This document shows, piece by piece, positions 49,001 through 62,400 of a stretch of 64,000 nucleotides of DNA (its first letter is position 1; each line of letters starts with the position of its first letter). The notes below the pieces were generated by a model. It worked only from the letters and a program-made list of their open reading frames with translations, was not told the DNA's origin and made no database searches. Location of the stretch: contig BQFW01000013.1 in assembly GCA_020891255.1 (NCBI GenBank), forward strand, positions 2,542,001 to 2,606,000, in the 5' to 3' direction. Source of the stretch: Entomortierella parvispora E1425 (lineage: Eukaryota; Fungi; Mortierellomycota). The position numbers were made by a program, and so were the translations under genes.

Positions 49001-49792
49001 CCGTCCAAAACCTGTGTTATGTACATTGCACCCAGATGCTCCGGCAGCTTTCCAAAGTTCTTGCATAGGCTCCGCAAAGACCCATTTTCGCACAATCTAT
49101 TGGGACGTGTCAGAGACGCGACAAGGCGCACGGCGGGTTATGAATTTTGTGACAAGGTACGCCCAAAAAAAAAAGGCAAATGATCACGAGAGTCCTTACT
49201 CGAGAATGATATTGAGATTGTCGCTAGTCTTTTCGAATCCATAGTACTTGACGATATTTGGATGCTATGGAGACAGGAAGGAGTGGAAGCATAAGTCGAC
49301 TGGCCTATGCCGCAGCGGATGCTTAGCAATGGACTATTGACGCCTACATTTAGTTTCTTGAGGAGGTCGATTTCCATCTATGGTCAAGACACCCACGGGC
49401 ACAGCAGACAAGAGAAGACAATTGCACAGTCAGCAGCATGATCCTTGACTGTTGGCGAGGATAGGCGAAACAAGACGAGGCAAAGCGGAGCAAAGGTAAA
49501 GAGGCAAGGGTGGTCCAACATACCATGATATTTGCAAGTTCTGACTGTGGTATGTCGGAGAGATTGATCTGCTTGACCGCCACCGTTGTTGCCGTGTCGA
49601 GATTCAATCCACGCCAAACAGATCCAAAGGCCCCCTTGCCGATGCAGTTTCCCAGCAGCTGCAGAACAAAGACGAGACAATACAGAGAGTTAGCTATCAG
49701 CAGCGCAGGAGACCTCCCCTCCTCGTCATTGCCAGTTGACTAGCCAAGGGCTTTACAATGTTGCCCACCCGGGTGGACGATCCAGAAGCCAT
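43093..49792 (-). CDS. CDC15: Cdc15/SepH (S. pombe Cdc7-like) MEN/SIN Ser/Thr kinase with armadillo-like region and long acidic tail; possible readthrough to 42796
   Basis: [38 protein letters not shown]; SepH-type helical region ([35 protein letters not shown]). Confidence 0.9.
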
Positions 49793-50324
49793 GTCGCCAG
49801 TACGAGTCGCGTTCGGAGAATAGTTCAAACAAGAAGAGGGGGGGAGGTTGGAGATAGAGAGAAAGAGTGGAAAGACGGGCTCAAGTACGCGACTAGAAGT
49901 CAGACAAGCAGGTGGGGTTGTAGAGAGTAGGACAGAGAGTGATGAATGGACAATGTACAGTTGATTAGGTAAGTAATGCAGCAAAGGTGAATGTATGTGC
50001 GTCGGTATGAATGAATGAATGAAAGAATGAGCGCGAGGAAAGAAGAAAAGAATGAATGAAGTGGAATGGAAGTGGAAAGAGAGCAGCACGGGTAAAGGAA
50101 GCAACCGCGAAAGAGAGCGAGAAAGAAAGAGCTGTGGACAGGTGCCGAGTGAGAGCAGGCAGAAAACAGACGGTGTTGCGACTCGAGCGGGGGGACAGAT
50201 AAGATGGATGGTGGTGTGTGCGTGGCAAAGGGAAGCAAGCAAAGAGAAGAGGGCGGAGGGAAGAGAGAAAGGCAAGAGAAAGGGCAAGAAAGAGAGAGAG
50301 GAAGAGGGAGGACATCCGTGCGTG

Positions 50325-50407
50325 TAAGTGTGTGTGTGTGTATGTATGTGTGTATGTATGTGTGTGTGTATGTGTGTGTGTATGTGTGTGTGTATGTGTG
50401 TGTGTGT
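50325..50407. repeat. Interrupted (TG)n/(TATG)n microsatellite upstream of CDC15
   Basis: Directly visible. Confidence 0.9.
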
Positions 50408-51181
50408 ATCCACTGCCTCTTCCTTCTTTCCTTCTCTCTTCTCTCTTCTGTCGGTGTTCTCTCTTCTCCTCAGGGGCATCCTTGTGCGCAAGCTCCCAGA
50501 CATGTCCATTTATGTGCTGTCCTCTAAGGTGGGTTGCAGTTTGTTGCCATGGACGTCCCTGTTGCTCCTCCTGCCCCCTCCTCCTGCGGAGGCATCGTTG
50601 AAGCAATAACGTTTTCTCTCGGCGATCGGGATCAAGTTCCAACTCCCGACCCATGCCTCTCCCTTGGTCTCGATGTCGACCTTGAGAACTCTGCAAAGGG
50701 AGCACAGCCATCAGCCCATGGGAGGGAAAGAGGACTATGCCAAACCCTTTTCTTGTTCATCACCCAGTCCACCGCCTAGTCACTCACAGGCACGCAAGCC
50801 CTGGGGATAGAACAACAATCTATTTGTTTTCTTCCGTCCTTCCAGTCCAGTCCAAGTCCCTTTCTTTGGTCACAAGGTAAGCCCTCTCTGTGCAATGGTT
50901 GCCCCTTTATTTCACCCAAACCACTGCGTCTTCACAACGGCCTCGGACAAGTCCCAAAATGATGGCTGGAAAAGCATGACTTCTTGGACAGAATATGATA
51001 ACAATATTGGCGGGAAAAAAAATACTAATGGGTGGCTCTCAGACCGTGTGGTTCCATCAGCTACTCCCTGTCGCGAACAAAGCTCTCATTTTCAGGTCCA
51101 AGCTTGGGTCGTCCGGATTGCGCAATGCCACGTTCTTGCAAAGGGGGAGGTCATCTGAGCACGCGTTGTCTGAACGGTCCC

Positions 51182-51212
<31 letters not shown>

Positions 51213-51359
51213 CAGGTCCATCTGAGATTTACGACCAATGCGTGGGGGCACAGTAACACGTTTGTGCCAGGTACCACATTGTAGCCAGTGCACTGTCCTT
51301 ATCCTCACATCCTCATATGGTTCGGTTCTAGAAGTGTTTATTACTGTACTGTAGTTATT

Positions 51360-52099
51360 TCAATCATCGCGCTGTCGTGCAGCAATTGCGGCTTTCAACT
51401 TGGCCGCATCCAAGTCAACGGTGCTCACCACCGGTGAGTGTCCAGAGGCCATCAGCTGTCGCTTTTGTCTGATTTTGAAGTGGCAGTACTCCCTAACGTG
51501 CCCGACAGAGGGGGTTCATGATGAGCCCATGGTTCAGAAAGACAAGATATTTGACAATACGGAGGTCAAAGGAACCTTCAATACAACTTACCAGGTTCCG
51601 ACTGTCATCAACACAAACGCACCGAATCCCCAGTTGGCCGCTGACCTTCCAGGCCCTAATGAATGACAGCATAGAGGGATTAGTTTAATGGTGTCCTTGT
51701 CCTGATGTCATGACATGGATTCCTGTCAACAGCAAAAAGCCCCTACCTGACTTCATTGCTTTGAGCAAACCAACACCGAGTCCCATTGCGGCACCGTCAA
51801 TAAATGACTCCTTGGCGCATGGGGACTTTGTCATGGTTGAAAAGTCGCGTGTTGGTTCAAGAGTCTAGAATACGAGTTTGGACGCAATGCTATTGTTAGC
51901 CTGGCTCGGTGCCGCCCGGGGTCATTCGGAGAGTTGAGCCTGCTGGGTCAATCCGCCTCAATGACATTGAATGCGTGTCCTGTACCTTGAACGCTGACAC
52001 GACTTGATCTTTATCAGGTGCTGGACGCGGGTCATTGAGTAAGGGCGTTGGGATCTCGGGCAACGGCTCCTTGGTTGGGTTATTATTGATTCCTGACAT
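51360..52099 (-). CDS. COX20: Cytochrome c oxidase assembly protein COX20-like, 4 exons
   Basis: KSPCAKESFIDGAAMGLGVG...SAANWGFGAFVLMTVGTWEYCHFK matches the COX20 pattern. Confidence 0.7.
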
Positions 52100-52336
52100 G
52101 GTTGGCGAAGCAAGGTATGTTGACCATTGGCGTCTCGAATCTGATCAGAACGAGGCAGGCATTTGCTCTGAACTTAAGGGTGTAAGGCATGGTGATCGTT
52201 CAAATTGGTGGCGTATATCCGATCCAGCCCGTTTTTGCCATCGAACCCCTGGTTCTTTATTTTTGTAAGGGTTACATTCTACACGTGGTATTTTGGGGTG
52301 TGGCTCCGGATGAGATCAAAAACAGTTATTAGGGCT

Positions 52337-53629
52337 TCAATAGTCGACGGCCCAGCCATTCTTTGAAATAAAGTCCTCGCATGCTTCCTTGAGAGCGCGG
52401 TTGGGGATAATATCGCGCTCCGTCAAAGGCACTTGGGCAACGGGATCAAACATACGTCCATGACTAAAGTGCTCCAGGAGAGTCGCGCGTTCGTAACTAA
52501 TGCCCGACTTTGTCGAAATGACAGGATCGTGCATGAACTCGAACGTGATTTTGTCCAGCATGTAGTCTGGAACTTCACGCGGTGTTGTGGTCGCAGCGTT
52601 AGGATTTGGCGATGACTGAGGTCCTGTACCATTAGAGAGAGAGTCCTTGTGGCTGAGGTAAGGTTTCGCGTATTCATGAGGTGCTCCAGCACGCTGCATC
52701 ATGGTCTCCAGTTGCTCCAGTCGCATTGCTCTGTCCACTTTGAAATCAGAAAGCGATTCCTGGTAGCCCTCCGAAGTAGTATCCAGAGCGTCCACCTGAC
52801 GTTGAAAGTCACCTTCTATAAGTCCAGCAAGATACCTGTATGTCTCTGAAACCTGTGCTATCCGCCTTCTTTCCTCCTCGAGCCATTTTTGCTTCTTTGC
52901 CTCTGATATTAACAAAACAATATCCTTGGTAAAGGACGACCGCTGCTCCAATGCGAATTCATACGCCTTCTTCAGCATAGCGTATGCTTCAGAAGGTTGG
53001 CTGAGCTCAAGATTTGCTTTGCCCATCTATTGACAGGCGGAGGAAATAGTTCAACAGTCAGATTTACCACAGTCAAGTATCTAATAATACACATCGCATA
53101 CTTACAAAATAATAGCCCTTGACTATGGTGTCATTTGAAAATAATGTCAAAGAGATACCATGGAGTTAGAGATCGCATTTCCTCGAGTTCTCATCAAGTA
53201 TCCTGATCGATCGTCCTCGTTTTGTACCTGATTTCGGCTCCAGCTCCACGACTCTCTCGCAGTCCGACACAACCATTGTGTACTTTTCAAGCTGAATATA
53301 GTAAACGCGGGTATTAGGCACTCGCTGTTAAAACAGGAAGCCTTCAAAAAATCCAGAGTTAGACAAAACACATCATACCTTGAGATAACAGTTAGCTCTG
53401 TTAGAATAATAGGCAGCGACTTTTGGGTCTTTTACCTAATCAACCCACACAAAGAACAGATCTGTCAGTCTTTCTATATAAAAACTCTTCAAGGGGGTAG
53501 TTCAAGAAATATGGCCCATGGACATACAATGGCAGTCGAGTACTCGGCGATAGCCTCGTCGAAGGCTTTGAGTTTGAAGTGCTCATTGCCCATGAGTTTG
53601 TGCTGGTCAGCGGTGAGAGTGGATGACAT
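52337..53629 (-). CDS. STUB1: TPR/U-box E3 ubiquitin ligase CHIP
   Basis: N-terminal TPR (HKLMGNEHFK...YYSNRANCYLK); U-box VPDYMLDKITFEFMHDPV...YER...PNRALKEACEDF; ends GWAVDY. Confidence 0.93.
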
Positions 53630-54047
53630 GGTGTTGGGTTTCAAGCGAGTCCCCCTCTAGGTCCTGTTAGTGTCGAGATGGCAAAAAGATTGGATTGAAG
53701 ATGTCGCTTGTTGGGGAAAGAGCCGAGAGATGAGTCCAACGTTGGACGGTGCCACCATTTTTTTGTCCTGAACGAAGTGTGTGCGTCATGTGATTGTTTG
53801 TCAGCCAGCCCCCGGTTGATCTTTCTGTGCGTTTCCATGGGCAAAAAATCTCGTATAAACTATTATCGCTCGATAAATTAACCTGGATATACTATTCAAG
53901 AAATGATCTCGAAAGAGCCCTGTTCCTTTTCCCTTCAAAGTTTCAACCTTCCTCGTTCTCCCTCTTTCTTTCCTTGCGCTCCTTCTCTTGCTTCCATATC
54001 CACCACTACAGCTCCACCCATCCCCCTCGCTTGTGCTGTAGTCTAGC

Positions 54048-56347
54048 ATGATCTTCTATTCACCCGACCCCGACCCCGTCTACCCCACGGTCGATGTATA
54101 CCATTATCTGGACTCCAACCCCTGCCTTGTTCCTCCAGGCAAAACTGTCTTTATTGACCCAGAGACTGGTCGCTCTTTGACCTTTGGCCAGTTCTTGCTC
54201 GAGACTCGACAGTTTGCGGCTGGTCTGCAAGACTCCTTGGGGTTCCAGGAACGCCAGGTCCTGGCTGTTTACTCTTGCAACCAGGTACGGGTCGTCATTG
54301 TGTAACCCAGGTTCGCCCCGATCGTCGTTCCTGAATGGCCACGAGCTAACAAACATTTTTGTGATTTTGTCTGGTAGTACGACTTTGGAATCCCTGTCCT
54401 CGGTACTCTTTGCGCTGGTGGTATTGTCACAACCGTCAACCACTCGTATACCCTTGATGAGGTTGTTCACCAGCTTACAGACTCGCAGGCTCGTTACATC
54501 GTTACCACGGTGGATCTCCTCCCTACAGCCACAAAGGCAGCAGAGATTTGCGGGATTGCCCCTGAAGCCATCCTTCTCTTTGGAGATAAGGATGATGCTT
54601 CATCAGGAAAGAAGGCCTACAGAAGCATCCTTGGCAAGCGCCTTGCAGAGCCAGCAACCTTGGCAATGGACGACATCGCATACCTCTGCTACTCCAGCGG
54701 CACCACCGGTAAGGAATTGATCCGGGGTTGATCTGTCTGTCGGGAACGCTGGTCACAGGTGGATGTGACTAGACTGACCAGGCCATGCGAGGTTTCAAGG
54801 CACGCAAGTGTTACAGAGGCAGGAATACGAAGGAGAAAAGGACAAACGAAGGAAAAAAAAAGGTTTTCTAAACACATTCGCACCCCGCCCTCATGGCAAT
54901 TCGCCTGTTCCTCAGCAATTCTTCGCTGGGACAATTATTTATATTCGGACTTCGATCGCCGGGAGCAGCTGTCGTCTCTTAGTGGTGGAACTACACCATG
55001 GATCACCGATCGCCCTGGGTCACGGATGGGCTATATGCAGCAGTGGGTTGGGAGCAATAACAACACTGAGTGCTGACAGATACATTCATCATTACATTAC
55101 ATAGGCAAGAGCAAAGGCGTGATGCTCACACATGGAAACATCACATCCAACCTTGTGCAGATCATGAGCTATGATGCAGAGGTCATCAAGGAGAAGAACC
55201 TGGTCGTTCTCGGATTCCTGCCTCTCTACCATATCTATGGTCTCATGAATTGTCTTCACATCTCGCTCATCACCGTAAGGACCTTATTTCCCTGCTAGAA
55301 CACAATCAATGGAGGCATCTACCTCAATAGACCCCCTGTCCTAACTCTCGTTGACCATCTATCCTTAGGGCACTGAAACTATCATCATGCCAAAATTTGA
55401 TCTTCCTTCCTTCCTTCAAAACATTCAGACCTACAAAGTCACCAACACCTTCATCGTGCCCCCAGTGGCTCTAGCGCTTGCCAAGCACCCTATGGTGAAG
55501 AACTACGACCTCAGTTCCCTTCGCCATATTGCGTGCGGTGCTGCCCCACTGCCCAAGGATCTCTGCCGTATGATCGAGGCTCAGTTGGGCGTTTATTGTC
55601 GACAGGGATTTGGAATGACAGAGGCTTCTCCATTAGTTGCTTGCTTGAGACCCAAAGCGAATGGCCCTGACGGCTCTGTTGGCCCTCTTGTAGCCGGACT
55701 GATGGCAAAGGTCGTCGATCCCTCCACCGGAAAAGGTACCTAGACCCTTTTCGTTTTTTTGAGGTGCTTCTTTTAGAACAATGGTGAGGCTGACGTTAAC
55801 TGTTCTATTTGATAATTTAGAGATGGGGGTTGGTGAGCAAGGCGAGTGGTTGCTAAAGGGCCCCAACGTGATGAAGGGATACTTGAACAACATCGAGGCT
55901 ACAAAGCACACCATCCGCGAGGACGGATGGATGCACACCGGTGATATTGTCTACGTTGACGAGAACCACAACTGGTTCGTGGTTGATCGTCTCAAAGAGT
56001 TGATCAAGTACAAGGGATTCCAGATTCCTGCCGCTGAGCTCGAGGCGCTCCTTCAGACTCATCCCAAGGTTCTCGATGCTGCCGTTATCCCTGCCTATGA
56101 TGCCAGTCAGGCGACTGAGATTCCCCGCGCGTATATTGTCCTTCACGATCCAGCCGAGGCCTCTGATGAACTCAAAAAAGACATTGTAGACTTTTTAACT
56201 TCCAAGGTTGCACCTCACAAAAAGTTGCGAGGAGGAGTCGTTTTCACGAACGAGATCCCAAAGTCCGCCTCTGGCAAGATCCTGCGCAAGGACATCGTCA
56301 AGTTTGATCGCGAGCAGGAAGCAAACCCTCAAAAGGCCCACCTTTGA
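54048..56347 (+). CDS. 4-coumarate:CoA ligase-like acyl-CoA synthetase (ANL family), multi-exon, PTS1-like C-terminus (AHL)
   Basis: YSSGTTGKSKGV, QGFGMTE, GEWLLKGPNVMKGY, GWMHTGD, VDRLKELIKYKGFQ, PKSASGKILR. Confidence 0.92.
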
Positions 56348-56792
56348 AAGAGAAAAGAGATGTTGCTTCAGAGCCGCCACACTTATACCATTTTCTAGGG
56401 CGTGCTAGAAAAGAATAAAGATCTTCCCGCGGAAGACGACACTGAGTTTGCGTAAGCTAAGCCCTTCTTTTGCAACATATTGGAAACGATTTGGAGTGAA
56501 ATGAGAGCCGCGTTCCACGACACAGTGAGGACGGCTGGGATGGGTGGATGGGACGATTGGCAGTGCTCACAACAATAATCTCAGCAACAGCAGCAGGGCA
56601 AGAAAAAAAACAGAAAAGTGGTTGGAAAAGGGTACAAATCAAGTCTGGACTGTTGGACGACCATGTCGACACTGACGGTTGTGAGCAATTGCTGTCTCGC
56701 TCATTTTTTTTTCTCCTTCCCTTTCTTTTTTTTCTTTTCTCTTTCTTTGTCCTCACCCCTCCGTCACTTTTCCACCGCTCCTTTTCACCAAC

Positions 56793-58111
56793 ATGGTCAA
56801 CCATCACAACCACGGCCACCAGCCCAATGAGACTGATGCTCTTCTTGAGCGCGCCGAAGCCGGCGTTACCCGAGTTCGTTATGAAGCTCGCAGCAAGTGG
56901 TCTGGTATCCGCCACAAGGTACTTTTACTTGGAGTTTTCCCGCCGCTTCAAAGTCGCTTGACCATCACTGCTCCTTACAAGAGACGACGAACAGGAGTGC
57001 AACTGATGTGATATTTTGTTGCAATGACAAGTCGACTTGAGGACTGACGCTTCATCTCCCGTGTTTATTTGTTTCACCAGTCCAGAAAGGCCTTTGCCGA
57101 GTTCCTCGGTACCGCCATCCTGGTTGCTTTCGGTTCCGGAGCCATTGCCCAGCTTGTCTTCTCGCCCAACAACTCTTGGTTCACCATGTCTCTCGGCTGG
57201 GGTCTTGGTTTGACCTTTGGTATCTATGTCTCTGGAGGAATCTCTGTAAGTTCAAGTTGGCCAAAAATAACCCCCTCGTTTTCTGTGACTTTTGGTGTTC
57301 CTGAGCTATTGCGCCAAAGGACGGTGCAATGACCTCTTGTCTGTTTGAACTGTATCTGTTTCTGGACAATACGACAAGAAAACCAAGAAACTCGAAAAGT
57401 GGCACAATGGATCCCTTCAACCATAAACGCCCTCATTGTCTTTTCTTCAAACCACATTTCGCGCTTCCCACGCAAATCCGCCACCCCCGCCGCTGAACAA
57501 CCCGACTGATTTTTTTTTTCTGTCTCGGTTGCAAAATAATGTAGGGTGGTCATTTGAACCCTGCCGTGACTCTTGCCATGGCTATCTTCCGCGGCTTTGC
57601 CTGGGCTGATGTTCTCGTTTACTGGATTGCCCAGTTCGCCGGTGCCTTTGCCGGTGCCTTGATCGTCTATATCACCAACTACTCTGCTATCCAGGCTGCC
57701 AAGCCCGAGGCCACCGTCGGCATCTTTGTCACCGGTCTCCAGACCAAGGATGTCACCACCACCGCTGCTTTCATTGCCGAGTTCCTCGGAACCGCTCTTC
57801 TTGTTCTCGTCATTCTCTCGACCTCGGACAAGGGCAACACCCCCGCTGGCAACACCCAGCCCCTCATCATTGGACTCTCGCTCGCCGCCATCGGTACCTC
57901 GTTCGGTTATGAGACTGGCTTTGCCCTCAACCCCGCTCGTGACTTGGCCCCTCGTCTGTTCACCGCTGTTTTCGGCTGGGGCTTTGAGGTCTTCACCCGC
58001 CAGGGATGGTACTTCTGGGTCCCAATCGTTGCCCCCTTCTTGGGTGCTATCGGTGGTGCCTTCACCTACGATGCTTTGGTCTATGCTGGCCCCAGCCCTC
58101 TTAACAACTAA
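56793..58111 (+). CDS. Aquaglyceroporin (MIP family, GlpF/AQP3-like), 3 exons
   Basis: AEFLGT, SGGHLNPAVT and ALNPARDLAPR motifs. Confidence 0.95.
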
Positions 58112-58675
58112 ACTGGTTATCAATTGACCCTTTCGTACATAGTAAAATAAACATTTTTTTTCTTTGCCTACTGAGAAGGGTGGTTTATTGTCATTTATTA
58201 TTTTCGTTCCGTTGAGACAGATGGAGAGCTCTTCGAAAACTTTCCAGGATGATAGTCTGCTAGAGCATCGTTTCAGCACCATGAAAACCACTCCATGCCA
58301 AAGTTTGTTTGCGCGCCACAAAAAGAAAGAAAAAAAAGGGAGACGCGAATTGTTCGCGTTTTTTGCACCACCGTTCAGGATCATGCGAATCACCGTTATA
58401 TCAGTCCGTTCAGCCGTCAATCATAAAAACAACAGCTAATATCAACCAGCGTTTGATGACGGTGCACCACCGATGCCTTAGCCAAAGATCATCATAAATG
58501 GAGGGTCATCATTTTCATAGTGAAAACCATTTCTAGGTCCCTGAACAACTCTGCTATAAAAACCAAAGCCTGTCACCTCAAAGTAGCCAGGTACTCGACT
58601 GTCCACTGCTCAACTCTCACCCATAATCACCATACCAGAGACCCAACAGACAACAGCAAAGCAACCCTCTCCTCA

Positions 58676-59125
58676 ATGGCTCCCCGCAAGGTTATCCTCT
58701 TGTTGACGGTCACTCTCCTGGCCACCGCTCTTTTCAATGTCTCGTATGCAGCTCCGGTCTCTTCTGAGGTCACGTCCCTATCCAAGCGTGGAGACGATTG
58801 CGACGACGACTGCGATGACGACTGTGACGACGATAGCGACGACGATGATGACTGTGATGATGATTGTGATGATTGTGACGACAACCACCACCACAAAGGC
58901 AACGGCGTTCGCATTGTTCGTGTCCCAAAACCTTTCCCTGTGCCCTCTCCTTTCCCAGTCCCAGCTCCTGTGCCCGTTCCAGCTCCAATCCCAGTTCCAG
59001 CTCCAGGTCCTATTCCTGGCGGCTTTGCAGGCCCTGTAGGTGCGTTTGGCGGCGCGCCCTTTGGTGGACCCCTTGGCGGACCCCTCGGCGGACCCATTGG
59101 ACCCGGTGGACCCGGCCCTTTCTAG
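58676..59125 (+). CDS. Small secreted protein, 149 aa: signal peptide, KR site, Asp/Cys repeats, His triplet, Pro/Gly-rich tail
   Basis: MAPRKVILLLTVTLLATALFNVSYA...SKR|GDDCDDDCDDDC...; TATAAAA at about 58556. Confidence 0.85.
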   Translation: MAPRKVILLLTVTLLATALFNVSYAAPVSSEVTSLSKRGDDCDDDCDDDCDDDSDDDDDCDDDCDDCDDNHHHKGNGVRIVRVPKPFPVPSPFPVPAPVPVPAPIPVPAPGPIPGGFAGPVGAFGGAPFGGPLGGPLGGPIGPGGPGPF

Positions 59126-59428
59126 AGGCGCAGCCAGTTTTTTTAGATCGACTGACCACTTTCCCGATCCGACATTAATCCACGCTACCTTGACTTTTCA
59201 GTCTGCAGTTCTACGCTTAGTGCCTACATGAAGACGTAATAAAGAAGAAAACAGAAGCAAAGAGAAGTGGGCGCAGCTCCGCTGGGGCACAGAGGATGAG
59301 TCGCGATGGATGCATATGAATAGCAGTCACGTTCTAAGCCACACTCCCGGACCACAATTGAACAAAAAGAGGCACGAACCTTGGTCTCTTGCGGCCTTAG
59401 TTCATTATTCATTCCCACCACTCTCATC

Positions 59429-62400
59429 ATGGCTACCGTCGTCATTGCCCAGAAGGCTGCCGCGATCCCCTATGGTACTTGCTGACATGATGGCTTGCCT
59501 GCTCGATTGATTGCGTACTTACTGGCAGGAAAACAGACGTGAAATCTGACTTGGGACTGGACTCTGGATCTACTTATCGATGCATGCAGGGATCTGGACA
59601 ATGCCCACAACGATTCAATCAGTCTCTTTCGAGACCATCACCGGGAAACATGGAGCGATCCTGAATCTAACAGAGGCGTATTCTTTCTTCCCGCGTCGTC
59701 TTCACTAGCGCCCATTGCGCTTGTTGCTGCTTTGAACAACCCCGCTGTTGCCAAGGTCGAATACAAGAACGTTGCTTCTTTGGCTGAGCACGGTAACGCC
59801 ACCGTTGCCTTGGTTGCCAATGGGTAGGTAGCTTTGTTGCCCTTCTCTCTGCTCATCTGACGCTTTTTTTTCAAGTCATCGCGCCTATCCAAAAATCTTG
59901 TCATTCTAACATTATGTGCTTTCCACATCTACAGAACTACCTTGACTTCCGTCAGCGCCATCTTGCGTTACATTGTCCGCTCGCACAAGAACACTCTCTA
60001 CGGCGCCAGCGCTGCCTCCACCAGCTTGGTACTTTCTTGATCCATCAGACATCGCTGTCGTTCACTTCAATTCCCTTGATCGCGCTTTTCTAATTGATCC
60101 AGTTTATGCCCGTTGTAGATTGACGAGTTCATCGACAGAAGCCAGGATATCATCAACTCTACCGACTTCAAGTCCTTGGACGTCATTCTTCAGCAGCTCA
60201 ACCACCACTTGACCCTTCGCAGCTTCTTTGTCGGCTACAAGGTCTCCGTGGCTGATATCGCCCTCTGGGGAGCCCTCAAGGCCAACGCCATTTTCTCTCG
60301 TCAGCTCAAGACTGGCAAGGATCTTGGAGTTTATCTCGGACGTTGGTTCAACCACATCTCTGCCCAGGCCTTCGTTGCTGTTGGTCTTGCTGAGTTGGCT
60401 AAGGCTGCTGAGAGCACCAAGACTGTAAGTCCATGGCACCATAACTGATTTGGGCAGGATATCAGGATAATCAAGGGCGACACATTCTTAACATTTAAGT
60501 ACCAATACTTAACATTTAAGTATCGCATACTTAACATTCTTAACATTTAAGTATCGCATACTTAACATTCTTAACATTTAAGTATCGAATACTTAACATT
60601 CTTAACATTTAAGTATCGAATACTTAACATTCTTAACGTTTAAGTATCATATACTTAACACACTTACTCTATTGCAATGATAGGCTAAGACTGCTGATCA
60701 GGGTTCGTTCGATATCAACTTGGTGGACGCCGAGATGGGCAAGGTCGTTACTCGTTTCCCCCCAGAGCCCTCTGGTTACCTTCACATTGGACACGCCAAG
60801 GCTGCCCTCTTGAACAAATACTTTGCTGATCAGTACAAGGGACGCTTGATTGTCCGCTTCGACGACACCAACCCCTCCAAGGAGAAGGAGGAGTACGAGC
60901 ACTCTATCAAGGAGGATCTTCTCTTGATCGGCATCGACACTTCCGTTGTCTCGTATACCTCTGACTACTTTGATCAGATCTACCAGTATGCTCTTACCCT
61001 CATCAAGGAGGGCAAGGCCTACTGTGATACCACTGGACAGGAGCAGATGCGCGCTGAGCGTATGGACGGAATTGCTTCTCAGTGCCGTGATCTCTCTGTT
61101 GAGGAGAACTTGCGTCGCTTCGAGGAGATGAAGAACGCCACCGAGTTTGGCTTGACCTGCTGTCTCCGTGCCAAGATCTCTGTTGACAACCTCAACAAGG
61201 CTCTTCGCGACCCTGTCATCTACCGCTGCAACCTCCTCCCCCACGCCCGTACTGGGTAAGATTTCCAGCCTGCAGTTTTTTCTTGCCGCTTGATTTGTTT
61301 CGCTCTTTCTAACCTTGCATCTTCTTGCACATTCTAGTAACAAGTGGAAGATGTACCCTCTCTACGATCTTGCTTGCCCTGTTGTCGACTCTCTCGAGGG
61401 TGTTACTCACGCTCTCCGCACAGACGAGTACCATGATCGCAACCCTCAATACCAGTGGTTCCTTGACAACCTCGGTCTTCGCCAGGTCCACATTTGGGAA
61501 TACAGCCGTCTCAGCTTCGTCTACACCTTGATGTCCAAGCGTAAGCTTACCTGGTTTGTTGACCAGGGACGCGTCTCTGGATGGGATGATCCTCGCTTCC
61601 CCACCATCCGCGGTATTCTCCGCCGTGGTCTCACCATGGAGGCCCTCAAGACCTACATTCTCATGCAGGGTGCTTCCACCAACTATATCACCTTGGAGTG
61701 GGACAAGCTCTGGGCTGTCAACCGTAAGCAGATTGACCCCATTGCTCCCCGTCATACCGCCGTCGAGGGCTTGAACAAGGTCAAGGTCACTGTTTCCGGA
61801 GCTGATGCCTATAACCTCAAGGAGGTCCCCCGTCACAAGAAGAACGAGGCTTTGGGCAACAAGAGGACCGCCTATGGCCCCACTCTCTGGATGGACCAGG
61901 CTGATTGCAAGGAGCTCGAGGTGAACGAGGAGGTCACCTTCATGGACTGGGGTAACGCTTTCATCCGCAAGATCGAGAAGAACGCCGAGGGCATTGTCAC
62001 CGGTGTTGAGGCTGAGCTTCACTTGGAGGGTGACTTCAAGAAGACCAAGAAGAAGTTGACCTGGTTGGCCGATGGCCCCGAGCTGGTCCAGGTCGACCTC
62101 ATGGATTACGATTACCTGATCACCAAGAAAAAGATTGAGGAGGAGGATGAGCTCAAGGATCTCTTGACCCCTGTCAGTGAGTTCAAGACCCAGGCCGTCG
62201 CTGATGGTAATGTTGCCGAGTTGAACAAGGGCGATATCATCCAGTTCGAGCGCAAGGGTTACTACATTGTCGATGCCGTCGCCACTGGCAGCGCCCCTGC
62301 CCGTTTGATCTTGATCCCTGACGGCAAGGTCGCCTCCATTGCCTCCAAGGCTGCCCCTGTCACCATGACCGAGCAGAAGGATGCCAAGGATGCCAAGAAG

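Noticed and set aside
49697-50711. Long ORFs rich in HT/CV repeats upstream of CDC15 (also 33826-34275)
   Set aside because: Translations of (CA)n and CT-rich microsatellite or promoter sequence.
59480-59550. Box C/D snoRNA in GluRS intron 1
   Set aside because: Box C is imperfect (ATGATGG), there is no terminal stem, and no rRNA guide was recognised.
60482-60660. CRISPR-like array
   Set aside because: The sequence between palindromes is constant, there are no unique spacers or cas genes, and it lies in a eukaryotic intron.
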